Made by a program: the position numbers and the translations under genes. Shown in pieces: positions 50,294 through 62,363 of a stretch of 64,000 bases of DNA. The notes beneath the pieces were generated by a model that had not been told where the DNA came from, did not search any database, and was given only the letters and a program-made list of their open reading frames with translations. The stretch comes from Pseudovirgaria hyperparasitica (lineage: Eukaryota), in the NCBI GenBank assembly GCA_010093815.1, contig ML996574.1; one strand, written 5' to 3'. Numbering within the stretch: the first letter of the stretch is position 1; the number at the start of each line of letters is the position of its first letter.

Positions 50294-51893
50294 ATGGCTG
50301 AAGCAGCGGTAAATCTGGACAGCCTGTCCCCAGCACAGCAAGAAGCGCTGCAACAATACACCGCAGTGACGGATCAAGATGTCCAGGCAGCTATCGATGT
50401 CCTTCAACGGTGCCAATGGAACGTTCAGGTACATAATTATACATCCAACAGGCTCTATTCTTATATGATTGCAGATAGCTATCACGAGGTTTTTTGATGG
50501 CGAACCTGCCGACCCTATTGCTACAGCCACTCCCGCCGTTCCTCCGCCACATAACTCTCGCCGCCAAGGTGTTTTGCTGGATGATATACCTGTGCGGAGA
50601 TCTGGTTCCAGAAGCAGAGGCTTAGAGCCGGCCCCGAGGGTCGTTCCGCAACCCGAGTCGCAGATCAATTACCAGGCCCCTCTCCTTGTATACATCCTCC
50701 TCTTCCCTCTCAACCTAGCAACCGGAGTCTTAGGTCGCCTGGGCAGGGCCATAGGCTACATATTCCCATTCCTACCCCGACTGTGGACAACTATCTTCGC
50801 GAGGAATACAGCCCGGGGCTCAAGGAGCAATACCAGCGGACGTCGCGCCCTCAACCCACGCGACACGGCCGCACGTAATATTCGCGAATTCGAAGAAGAA
50901 TACGGTCCACATTCTCTACCCATCTTTGAAAATGGCTACGCTCAAGCCTATGATCTGGCTAAGCGCGATCTAAAATTCCTTTTAGTCGTCCTCTTCTCTC
51001 CTGAACATGATGACACCTCCTCCTTTATCCGCGACACCCTCCTCGCCCCACCCGTCGCAGACTACATTCGAGATCCAACAAACAACATCATCTTATGGCT
51101 AGGCAACGTTCTAGATTCGGAAGCTTACCAAGTCGCTTCGGAATTGCGTGTTACAAAACTACCCGTTGCAACTCTCATGGTGCACACTCCTTCGGTCTCT
51201 TCCACCGCCTTCACCGTTATCGCCCGCATCGCCGGACCTATGCCACCTGCTACCTTTGGAGCAAAGCTACGTTCTGCCGTCAGCCAGAATATCGAGCCCC
51301 TGGAGCGCGTCCGCGCATCGCGTGCTGAACAGTCCGCAACTCGCTCCCTGCGTGAGCAACAAAATACTGCATACGAGCGCTCGCTTGCGCAAGACCGTGA
51401 GCGAGCGCGTAAGAAGCGCGAGGAAGAGGAAAATCGCAAGCGCGAGGAAGAGGAAGCAGCAGAGAGGGAGGCGCAACAGCAGCGCTATGAAGAAGATCTA
51501 GCACAGTGGCGCATGTGGCGTGCGCAAAGGTTGAAGCCGGAGCCTAGCGCGGACGTCAAGGATGCCGTGCGGATCAATATTCGCATGCCATCGGGCGAGC
51601 GAGTCATGAGGAAGTTTGAAGCAGATGCGCAACTGGAAGAGCTTTATGCGTTTGTCGAATGCTATGACGTCATCACTACAGGAGTGAATGAGAGCGAGAA
51701 AATCGAACAACCACAGGGGTTCTCGTTCGAATACGGCTTCCTTCTCGTGAGTCCGATGCCGAGAGAAGAATACAAGCTTGTGGACGGTGGTACGTTGAAG
51801 GAGAGGATAGGGCGGAGTGGGACTTTGATAGTAGAGACAATCGGCGGAGTCGATAGCGAGGAGGAGGAAGACGAAGACGACGAAGAAGAATGA
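50294..51893 (+). CDS. UBA-UAS-UBX domain Cdc48 adaptor (Ubx2/FAF2-like)
   Basis: UBA-like LQRCQWNVQIAITRFFDG (intron 50429-50474), hydrophobic hairpin, UAS (GYAQAYDLAKRDLKFLLV), coiled coil, UBX (IRMPSGERVMRKF..SPMPR). Confidence 0.9.
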
Positions 51894-52112
51894 GTGTACA
51901 TGTACACAAGGAGACGAGATACACAAAAGGTCACTATTGTATAGATCAAGGTGCACCAGGCATATATTTAGCCATAAGTAGCCATTATGACGGACTATGT
52001 CCGTCTATACAAGAAAGGTATCATAACAATTGTCCGTTTAGACACCATCTTGTCCAAATGCATCAGACTAAGATTTCACGCGGCCGTAAAGTCATGACCG
52101 ACGCACTCATCA

Positions 52113-53682
52113 CTAAGCAACCCATCGTTTCAACTCGTATTCCCTCACCTGCTCCGTGTCCCTTCCTCTGACATCGTCCTGCACCTCCCTGCTCGCGGTG
52201 TTCCCGCTCTTCTCACCCTCAAACGCATCGCCGCAGTCGTCCTTCAGCACATACACCATACTGTCGTACGCCGCAACATTGCGATGGAAGCTACCCATGC
52301 ATCCGTAGTCCTGACCTGTCCACGCATCCGTCACCCGGTACTTGCCGGCGTCCTTGAGCTCTGGCACGTCGCTGTAGAGTACGGAACGATCTTGTGTTGA
52401 AGACGACGGGTTGAAGACAAGGACGAGCACGCCGCCGGTGTAGCGCCCACTCCAGTACTCGGCGGGGTGCAACCAGTCGAACGTCCAGTCGGGGTTAGTG
52501 CCCCATTTGTACGGCGCAGCTGCGCGGCCATATCGCCCGTCCTGATTGAACGCGAGCAGGTACTTGTTCTTCAACACATCGACGTTTGCGGCCGAGAGCG
52601 TGTCCAGCGGCGTGCCTATCAACAGCGGGCTTTTCATGATCGCCCAGATGGCGAAGTGCGTGCGCCCTTGCTCGAACGTTAGCTCGCCGTTGCCCAACTC
52701 CAGCATGTCGGCGTCCGGGCGCTTGAAGAAATCCACGTTGTTCATGTAGAACGAGTTCGCGTTCCAGATGTCAGTGATGCGGTCCCAGCGCGGGTTGATG
52801 TCGTCGGTCGAGCGCCATGATGCGCCAACGTCGGCGCCCCAGGCCTCGACGTTTGCGGTACCCCATTGACAAAGGGAGTACAAAATCGGCCGGTCTTGGG
52901 CGAGGATGGCGTCGCGCATGCGAGTAAAGCGGTAGTGGGTGTTTGACTTCGTCCAATCGTAGTTGTCAGGGCATTGGCCGTCTTTGTTCGTGCAGGTCCC
53001 GTTGCGGAGCTCGACTTTTTCCGGAACGCAGAAGCTGCATTCGTCTTTGTACTTGTCGGGAATGTTGCAGTTGTCGTATTTGAGGTCTGACGAAATCAGC
53101 TGCGGGAACACGTTCTTGGGAATGGGGTGAGGAGGAGGAGGGAGGATTGCTTACAGTCGACTCCCCATGATGCCCACGTTGCAGCATCAACGTCTTCGTA
53201 GTCAATGCTTGCTTGGTAGCCGGCACAGGTCAATGTTCCGGCAGAGCTGTAGATGCCGAGTTTCAAGCCCATGGCGTGGACCTTGTCTGCGGTGCCGCTG
53301 ATGCCCTTTGGAAACTTGGTGATATCTGGGATCAGTTTGCCGTTCTCACGGCGGTCCTTTACCTGCCAGCAATCATCGATATTGACGTATTCATAGCCCG
53401 CGTCCTACACAGCGGTTAGTCGGAGTATCGTGAATTCGAACAAAGCTTTGCACCTTCAGGCCAAGTGACACCATCTTCTCGGCTGCAGTGAGGAACTTGG
53501 ATTCGTCAATGTCACAATGGAAGCTATGCACGATCAGCATGTGTTGATTACACCACCAGTAATATTCCATACGCATTCCACGAGTTCCAACCTAAGGCTG
53601 GAAGCCTGCCAACCCCATCTGCGCGGTAAAGGGCTTCACTCAGTGGTACTGCCAGTAGCAGAGCAGTAACGGTAAGCCTCAT
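52113..53682 (-). CDS. Secreted alpha-galactosidase, GH27
   Basis: Signal [79 protein letters not shown]; three introns. Confidence 0.93.
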
Positions 53683-55588
53683 ATTGCGGGTGCTGATATG
53701 AAGCGTAGGTTTCAAAGTGTTCATACGAAAGAAAAAAAATGTAGGGGAAAGTGCTGTTGATCAAGACTCCGTAATTTGAATCCGGGGAATTATGGAAGTG
53801 CGGACTCGGCATGAAATGTCTCAATGTGTGAATGGGTGGTATATATACTGGTCATAGGGCCATGACTGGCTTCAACACTGAGTGGAGTATGTCTTTGTTG
53901 TTGTGCTCAAACTTGCTGAGGTATTCAGGGCGCGCTTAGCAAGTGGTACATAGTCAGGCATGCGAGCATTCCCTGGATGTCTCACGCAAAATGAATATGT
54001 TTGGTTTATTTGCCCGATGAGACGGCGAGAATGTGATCGTGTATACGTCATTCCTATGGTTCCCAGCCGTTGGAGCTTGGAGGAGAGGTGTCGTTAACCA
54101 CATGTCCCGTTATCAGATGTGTTAGTGAAGGAGATCAGCGCGCTCCACTGGTCCGCTAGGCATGTGGTCAGGCCTGCTGTAGTATGCATGCTGCCCGTGT
54201 CACCAAAAGAGGTCCACTTGTCGATGTTTTAGCTCGGAAGTACGAGTCGCAGTTTTTGTAGTTTGTCTCCTTGATTGCGCTATGAAGGTACACATATCTT
54301 GAAGTTCTGCGTACGGGGGTGTGAGCAAGGGATATCATGCAAATGGATGTTAGCATGTTGTGGCTAGATGCTCTTCCTTGGTGTGTCCTGATAAGACATG
54401 GGGAAATGAAATGTTACAAGACTGGAAAACAACAACAACCATACAAAACAACTCTGAAGAGATCGGCGTTCTAGGTTGTTTGAGGGTCCACCCGGGCACC
54501 GAGGCCGGTAAAGCGCTAGTCCGCTTCGAGTTCGTATGCGGGGGAGCAGGTCGGTACTTTGGGGTCAGGAGGTCAGGAGGCCATGGACAACTATTCAGGG
54601 AGTGTTGTGCAGCGTGTTGCTGAGCATGGGCAGTCAGGGGAGTGGCATGCATAGCTAAACAAGTCGTCTCGTGCCTGGGTTAGAGCGAGCAATGTGACTG
54701 TAGATCTGAACGACTCCCATGAATATATTACGTTAGCATCCTGACTTGTTAAGAGTGTTCACTTGTCAGACCCCATGCGTGAAGCCCATTCGACCGTGGA
54801 TGGACTCGGGAAAGGGAGGCTGTCACGCAGCCTTGTGCCCATGGCATAATGATCTGGATTCGTTGGACCTCCATGTGGTGATGACATTGCTCTACCGGTC
54901 GACACCAACACCAAGACCTAGGTACACAGGTATGATGTGCAGAGTAGGTTGCGATGGTGTTGTATCTAGCCCGGTCAAGTACACGGTCGATCAACGCACA
55001 CGCGATACTCCATGGCGACGATTGGACTCGGGACGATCGTGCGATAGCCAGCGCCAGCCGTATATAGTAGGTGTGTGCATCTGTCGCTTTAACGTTGAAA
55101 ACTTGTCATGTCGCGTGGTCTATGCCGTCACGTCTGTTGCCAGGAGTTCGGATAAAGACTCGTTCTCGTATATAATGCAAGGGAGCAGTTCGACATCCTC
55201 GAACTGCTATCAGGGATGAAGTATGGTACTGACAACTTGGCTCAAATGAGTCGTACAGTAAAGAGGGAGTACACATAAAAACAAGTTGTCGGATGGGATC
55301 GCTTGGGTAATTAGACGTGGGATTTGAGGTCAGAAAATTGACTCGTGATCTCGTGTTGTTAGCGCCTACGCGTCAATAACAGACGCGTCGAAATTACTCT
55401 TGTGATACAACTGGGATGGGTACTCGGCTACCTCAGTACTCATTTAGAAGTCCTGCGGTTCCGATACAACAAGTGATGCGTGTTCCTTTAGGATGGCCAT
55501 GGAGGTATATATACACTATGTAAACGAATACTAAACTATATAGATATATATGTACATATGTATATCTTGGCGCATGTTACAGAGCGGA

Positions 55589-57373
55589 CTACGATTCATC
55601 CACATGCCCGATCGACTGTCCGACCTTCAGCTTCTGGCCCTTTTCAATGTTCCATCGCCAGCCACCTGGTCGCTCCTCTTCTCCGGTGAAGCCCTCGTCA
55701 AATGAAGGCCTCCTTCCCTTCGGCGCCTCGAATACGAGCACGATGGTTGATCCAAGCTGGAACCCTCCCATCTCTTCCCCTCGCGTAAGCGCATGTCCAC
55801 GGAGGATTGCGCTGGCGCCTTCGTAGGTCGCCTCAGCAAAACCCGAGTATGGCTCTCCATCATTCGCTGCTTGCTCCGCTGCGCGATCTGCAGCAGTGTC
55901 GGTCGTCAATGAATTTGTCCGAAGTTCACGATCGAAGTTGACAACAATGGATCCTACGTTTGTGGCACCCACTGGCGTGTACGAGAAGAAACCCCATCTC
56001 CACCTTCCAAGGAGTACTACACGTTCGTTTAGTGTGAACAGCCCAGGCAAGGTCCTTTGGAGGTAGGGAGAAACGCTGTAGAGCTCGCCAGCGAAATGGC
56101 GACGGCTTTCGACGACCCATGATACGGGTGAGTGAAACCTGTGGTAATCGCCGGGTGCCAGATAGACGACACAATAATACAGTGCCGTTGGGCCCTTCTC
56201 TTTCGATGTTGCAGGTGCCCACCAGGGCTGTGAAGTCGGCCCACTGCGAGCCAATTCAGCGGTCACGTCTAACTCAGAGGACAATTGAGACTTGGTTGAT
56301 TGATCCTTTGGTGTGTCCTTCTTGTCCCCTCTATTTTTTGCTGGCCCAGAGAAGAGGTTTGGTAAGGTATATGAAATACCGTTGACTTGTGCGAACTCTT
56401 CATCCTCTCGAATAACTTCTTCATCGCCAAGGCTGTGTCGATCCTGACTGGAAACTGAAGGGCGGGATGCTAGCTCTGATGTTGGTGTAGAAATGCCTGA
56501 GCTGCTAGGTCTTCTGGAGCCCAGCAAGGCGTCCAAGCTGTATGTCACCCCTTTGACTTGCTCGACCTCGCCATGCTCAATAGTCCCAAACTGAATAACT
56601 TTGCCATCTGCGGGCGATACGATGGAGTTGGGATTCGGATCAATTGGTCTAACGCCTGGTTTGAGCGTTCGGTAGAAGAAGGCAGCGAGATTAGGGTAGA
56701 CGTGGAGGTCGGGTTCGGCGACTTCGTCAAGACTACAATCATTAGTACTGCCTATATTGAATGACTAATGTCTTACTTGACACCGAAGATGAACGAGTAT
56801 AATCTGAACCCCGGCACACGGAGGTAGTAGGGGATTGTAAGTTCATTGAACCGACCCCATAATCTTGATAGAGCCTTCAGAGGTAGTGTAGACATAATCT
56901 GGACTTGCCTGATCGACCGTTAGAAGATATCGATTCGGGTCTCCTTCAACATGAACGTACCATGGCCCACTTGGCCGAATTCTCTTTCTCTTCTTTGGGC
57001 AACCGTGTTTTTCGCTTTCGTCATCTTCACGCTCTTGTGTTCGCACTTCTTCCTCTTCAATTCGTCGTTTTTCCCTAGCCTGCACTCTGTATAATTGCAA
57101 TAACCCCAGAAAACCAATTCCAAGCCCTACTGGTATAGGCTTCCACTCCACTTTTGTCTGCCCCAGGGCACTTCTTAGCCGAGACCTGAATGAACCCCGG
57201 GGGTTTTGTTGTTGCTGGATGCAGCCTCGTGGAGAGGAGGAGAAAGATCGACTTCGTGGTAGGGAGTAGCGATGCCGATACGAAGCTGGCGCCCTCGTGT
57301 TGGTCCATGTCGAGCGATGGATACGCATATAATGGCATTTTACAAGCCGCCATTGGCTTCGAGCTGCCATCAT
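55589..57373 (-). CDS. PSD1: Mitochondrial phosphatidylserine decarboxylase
   Basis: Arg/Ser-rich transit peptide, WKPIPVGLGIGFLG, SPADG, YLAPGDYHRFHSP, VGATNVGSI, autocleavage motif LGST; multiple introns. Confidence 0.95.
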
Positions 57374-58378
57374 TCGCCTCGATCCATATATCGACCCGAG
57401 TTTTGAGTGGTCCAACTTCAGTGTCGCAACGGGTGAGGACAATAGGAGATGTATAGCGAAAATGCGATCTGCTGAACTGGTATTGTTCTGTAGGCCCGGC
57501 GTTCTGGTGCGGGATGACGTCTCAGGCAGACGAACCTCTCCAGGATGGATTCCGCACGACTTGGCGCTGGGCACGCTAGTGTTGTAGCATTGCGACCTCA
57601 TCCCATTCATGAGCACCTCGTCAATAGAGTGAACCTCCATCAATACATGAGTAATGGTCGTGCACTGGGTACCCATTGAGCAGGCGCATCTATAACAATA
57701 GAATCTTATCTCGAACTTATTCTTCTATAGATATAAACGCCTTGGAGGGTAGCAAGCACAACGCTCTTGAAACGGCAAGAGATAGAGTATGGGAGTATAT
57801 CAAGTCCACTAACAGGTAGAGGAGACTCAGCTCATTGGACCAGTTCTAATTAATGATCACTTAATACTAAGCTGTGGGCTTATAAATCAATGTAATCCGA
57901 ATTCGTTGGTGATCGCTTATGTTTACGGAAAAACTGAGACCATGAGGACGTTTTATATCGAAGGCGCATCTGCAAAGAGGAGGTATGGTTTTATGAAGAG
58001 ACTCAATTCTGATTTTCGCCGTCAAGTAACAAAAGCCCTGGCCAACGCTCATATTTTGAGCAGGATATGATATGTGAGGCACTCTACCCAACGCCATAAA
58101 CCATCCTACCAGTAGAGCTCATATAAGCAGAGAGAAGAAACGCAGAGATAGTAACCTCACCACCGATGAATCCCGAATCCTGCTGTGAATAACACAAATG
58201 GAGAGATTCAGACGTAAAGATCCGCCGACAGTAACGTTAAATCATGTCTATACCCATCCCAAAGAACGAATGAATGCCATGCCAGGTGATTATGGTGGTA
58301 AAATGTGAGACTGAAATACGTGAAAGTCGAAAATGTTTGTGCGTGCGACTGACGGCACAATAAGGTTCAGAAGATCAC

Positions 58379-59325
58379 TTAAACCTCAACTTCCCTGTCT
58401 TTGATAGCTCCATCATCCTCGAATCCATTGGCGTCAGCGTAGACAGATTCATTGACAGATCCATCATCAGAGCCGTTGACGGACAGCTGGGGCTTGTGTT
58501 CATCCATGACATCGATCTCGTCTGTTAACATGTTAGTGAACCTTTAAAGATCAACGAGATCAAGCAAGCTTACCCTCACCATCCTTCTTGACTTCTTTGA
58601 GTCCAATCTCCGTCTCGGCCTCAGACTCTTCTTTGACGAATTCAGCGGACTTTTTCTTGGTAGCGCGTGCCTTCTTCGGTGGACTTCCACCTTCAGCCTG
58701 CTGCTCAGCCTTCTTTTCGATAGCGGTCTTTCGCTTACGAGGGGTGACCTTGGTCACGGGAGTGACCGGAATGGTGTCAATAGAGCCAGAGCCAGAACCA
58801 GAACCAGAGTCTTCAGTCTTGGTGGCAGTAGCCTCTTTGGCAGACTTGGACTGGCGAGCACGCTTTTTTGGTGCGGGAGTTGCTGGAGGGCTGTCAACAC
58901 TAGGCTCCGGTTCATCGGACCCAGTAGATCCGGCTGCGTTCGGCTTGCTCTTCTTAGTTGTGGCAGCAGCTTTCTTGGGAGTTGCGGCGGCAGCGTTGGG
59001 CAAACCGTCGGGCCAAAGTTTCTTCTTGATTGCAGTGAAAGCATTGGAGGCTGAGCGAGGGTTGCTCATACCGCAAAGTCCTGCGAGCTTGACATAATCA
59101 ACCTGTAATTGTGTTAGATTCGCTATACTCGACCAGAGATGTAGTAGTTTGTGATTCATATACATTGGGCAGAATAGTACGAGTGAACCTATAGAGCCAT
59201 AGAAGGTTTTGCATAGAGTTGAATTCAAAACTTACGTCAGGAGCGGACTTGAGAGAAACGAAAACATTTGAAAGGATCTCTTGCTCGCGAGCACTGAGCC
59301 CAAATTCATTCTTTTCCTGAGACAT
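58379..59325 (-). CDS. Lys/Ala-rich putative chromatin protein (histone-H1-like tail)
   Basis: Three exons. Small helical N-domain PD|VDYVKLAGLCGMSNPRSASNAFTAIKKKL, then TPKK/APKK/TPRK motifs and an acidic end. Confidence 0.75.
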
Positions 59326-60431
59326 CCTGATGATGTGCTTGAGTAGATCTTAAGATTGAAGAAAGTTCGATGCGAATAAACTGAAAGGCGAGAAAGATTT
59401 CGGATCGAAGATCTTAGAGGTTTAGGTAGATGAAGTTCAAAACAGAGGGAAGTACACAGTACTTATAGGAATATCCCCAGCCATTCATGGCCATAGATGA
59501 GGGGTAGTCGTCAAGTGAATGCATTCACCATGAAATGAAGCATGCTGACTGGCTGGTCTCAACATGCTCACTTCAATTGTGTTCATTTTGAGATTCACGA
59601 GTTTAGCCATGGCTTTACCGGTGCATACCAGCGGTGAGACATGAAACTAGGAACACGCAAATGCAACAAGGGTGTCTGTGTTTATTGTAGTTCCTGTCCT
59701 GAATAGTTTGCGGGTCATCACGTCCTATTGGCAGTGATTCCTGAGTTGTGGTCGGTTCATGACAATGATTCTGAGGAATACAGATCTACAGTTAAACACA
59801 TGCAGACCGCTGCTCTACTTGCTGTGGTTCCTGTAAAGGCTGCAAGATTGTCTTTCTTTTCATTAGCTTTATTGGCTTACAATACGTCAGCATCCTTGTA
59901 TGTGGGATAGTCCCTTACAGATGTGATGATAAAACGCGTATATAGACCCTGATTGTGGAAGCCTCCTAAGCGCATCTGATTTTGTTCCATTAGTATGGAA
60001 CGTTGATGAAAGTAAAAGTGAACGTGCTGGTGTTTGGTCGTCTACCGTCTATTCTACATCGGGTTTAGCTCAACGACAAGTGGACGGGCTGTAGCCCCTT
60101 GACTTTAGATAGGTGACTCGTAACGGTCTTTCGACAAACGCCATTCAACGACGCAATGAGCTTCATCACGCCCTCACAATAATGTGATGCTAGCGTTTGT
60201 AGCGCCTGCAGTACGAAAATATGGGTCCAAGTGAATGATAAGCTCTCTACCAATCATACGAAAGTCGTTTTCGACATGCAAATGGTGCCCACACCCAATT
60301 GCGTCTTCCTTGATAGCGGGGCTCTGAAGTAGATTTTTTTCTGTTGCACACTGCTTTTTACGTCTTGGTGTATTTTTTTCCTTGCAACATTGACATATTT
60401 TCCCGAAGGACAGTAGCCGCAATCTCGTAAA

Positions 60432-62057
60432 ATGTCGGTTTGGAAGAAGTTTCTCGATAAGCACCGGCGTCGCGGTGCCAATCCTGACGGTGAGAGTTCC
60501 TGCGATCCAGAACCGACATTATAATGACTCCTATGTCCAGAGAAGAGTCCAACTCCAGAAAATCAAACTATGTTTCAGGGATTCGAATGGCACGTGCCCG
60601 CTGATGGCCAGCACTATCAGCGTCTTACCAGGATCCTTTCGTCTCTCCAAGACATCGGCTTCTCGAGTGTTTGGCTGCCGCCTGGCTGTAAGGCGGATAA
60701 TCCCGCAGGCAATGGTTATGATTGCTACGATCTGTGGGACCTAGGTGAATTCGAGCAGAAGCAGCAAACGCGGACTAAATGGGGTCTGAAGGAAGATCTA
60801 AAGCAATTGTCAGATAATGCGAAAGAGCTGGGAATTGACCTGTATTGGGATGCCGTCCTGAATCATCGTCAGGGCGGCGATCATACGGAGAAGGTCAAGC
60901 TCGTAGAGGTCAATAGTGAGGATCGGATACAAGAGATGTGCAAACCCTACGAGACAGAAGCTTGGCTCAAGTTCGATTTTGAAGGTCGCAATGGAAAGTA
61001 TAGTAGTTTCCAATTGGGTGCAGAACACTTTATTGCGACCGACTGGGACAATAATAATGGAAAGAAAGGAATCTTCAAGATTGAGAGGGCTGACCGACGA
61101 TCTACTAAGAGAGAAGTCGCGCAAAAGTTGCAGAGGTATCTCATGTTCAATGAATTGGACTACACTCATCCAGATGTGCAGCAAGATGTTAAGAATTGGG
61201 GTGTTTGGATCACACAAGAAGTCGGTCTTCGGGGTTTCCGTCTCGATGCCGTCCAACACTTTTCGGAGAAGTTTACCAACGCGTGGATCGATCACCTGTC
61301 GAAGGAGTTTGGCCAAGAGAAACTGTTCTTTGTCGGTGAATACTGGGTGGGTGGGGTCTCGGAGCTCGTCTCATACCTTCACAAGACGAGTAATCGCATG
61401 TCGCTGTATGATGCTCCGCTGCTCAACAACTTTTCTCACATCTCGCAAACCCCGACAGCCGACCTGCGTGCTGTATTCTCCAACTCACTCGTCGATGTCG
61501 CTCCTGCGAAGGCCGTCACACTTGTCACAAATCACGATACTCAGCTTGGTCAAACAGTGGAAACGCCTGTCACGCCATTCTTCAAACCTCTTGCATATTC
61601 TCTCATTCTGCTACGTCAAGGGGGATACCCTTGTGTGTTCTACGGTGACCTGTATGGAACGTGTGGCCCGAAAGCTGAGGGACCTTCATGTGGTCGGAAA
61701 CTTGCAGATCTCATACTTGCCAGAAAACTATATGCATATGGTGAGCAAGTCGACTATTTCGATCAACCAAGCTGTGTCGGATGGGTGAGGAAAGGGCGCT
61801 GGGATAAGAAGTTTGGTTGTGCCGTTATTATGAGTACTAGCGGACCAGGAGTGAAGAAGATGGAGGTTGGAGTGATTCACAAGGAACAAGTGTGGACCGA
61901 TATACTAGGCTGGAATAATGAAGAGATTGTTATCGATGAAAAAGGCCACGGCATTTTTAGGTGCGCCAAACAAGGAGTGAGCATATATGTTAGGCAGGAT
62001 GCGGAAGGGAGGGAAAGGTTTCCTGTGAATTTTGATGACAATATATACAGTTTCTAA
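60432..62057 (+). CDS. Intracellular alpha-amylase, GH13_5
   Basis: Exon 1 60432-60489 and intron 60490-60540 give ..ENQTMFQGFEW. Also WLPP, NGYDCYDLWDLGEF, and catalytic FRLDAVQH / GEYW / NHDTQ. No signal peptide. Confidence 0.92.
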
Positions 62058-62363
62058 AGTGCCAATCCGAGAATAGATGCTAAGATGCACGTTCTAAGAG
62101 CAGGGTTCTGCAATCAGCATGCATTTTCTATAAGGATATGTTATGAGGCATCAAGGCAACAATTCTTTTATGACGTTGACATCGTGAGGGCTGTTCGCCG
62201 AGATCGCCCGAGCCACCAGATCGCTACAAACTCCACTGCAAAACATCAGCTATTATGATCATGTCAAGCAAAAAGTAATTGTATCTTCGCCTGGCCCTTG
62301 CGCCGCCTCGAACTGTCCGGTTACTGTCACTTCATAGGATCGCGCACAAGTCTCACAACACCC

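Noticed and set aside
54746..55219. 157-aa plus-strand ORF and the repeated TGGACTCGGGA 11-mer
   Set aside because: Non-ATG start and random-looking composition; two short copies are not enough to call an element.
55577..55591. Stop read-through giving a cryptic PTS1 on PSD1
   Set aside because: The extension would end in SAL, not a canonical PTS1, and the stop context is not TGA-CTA.
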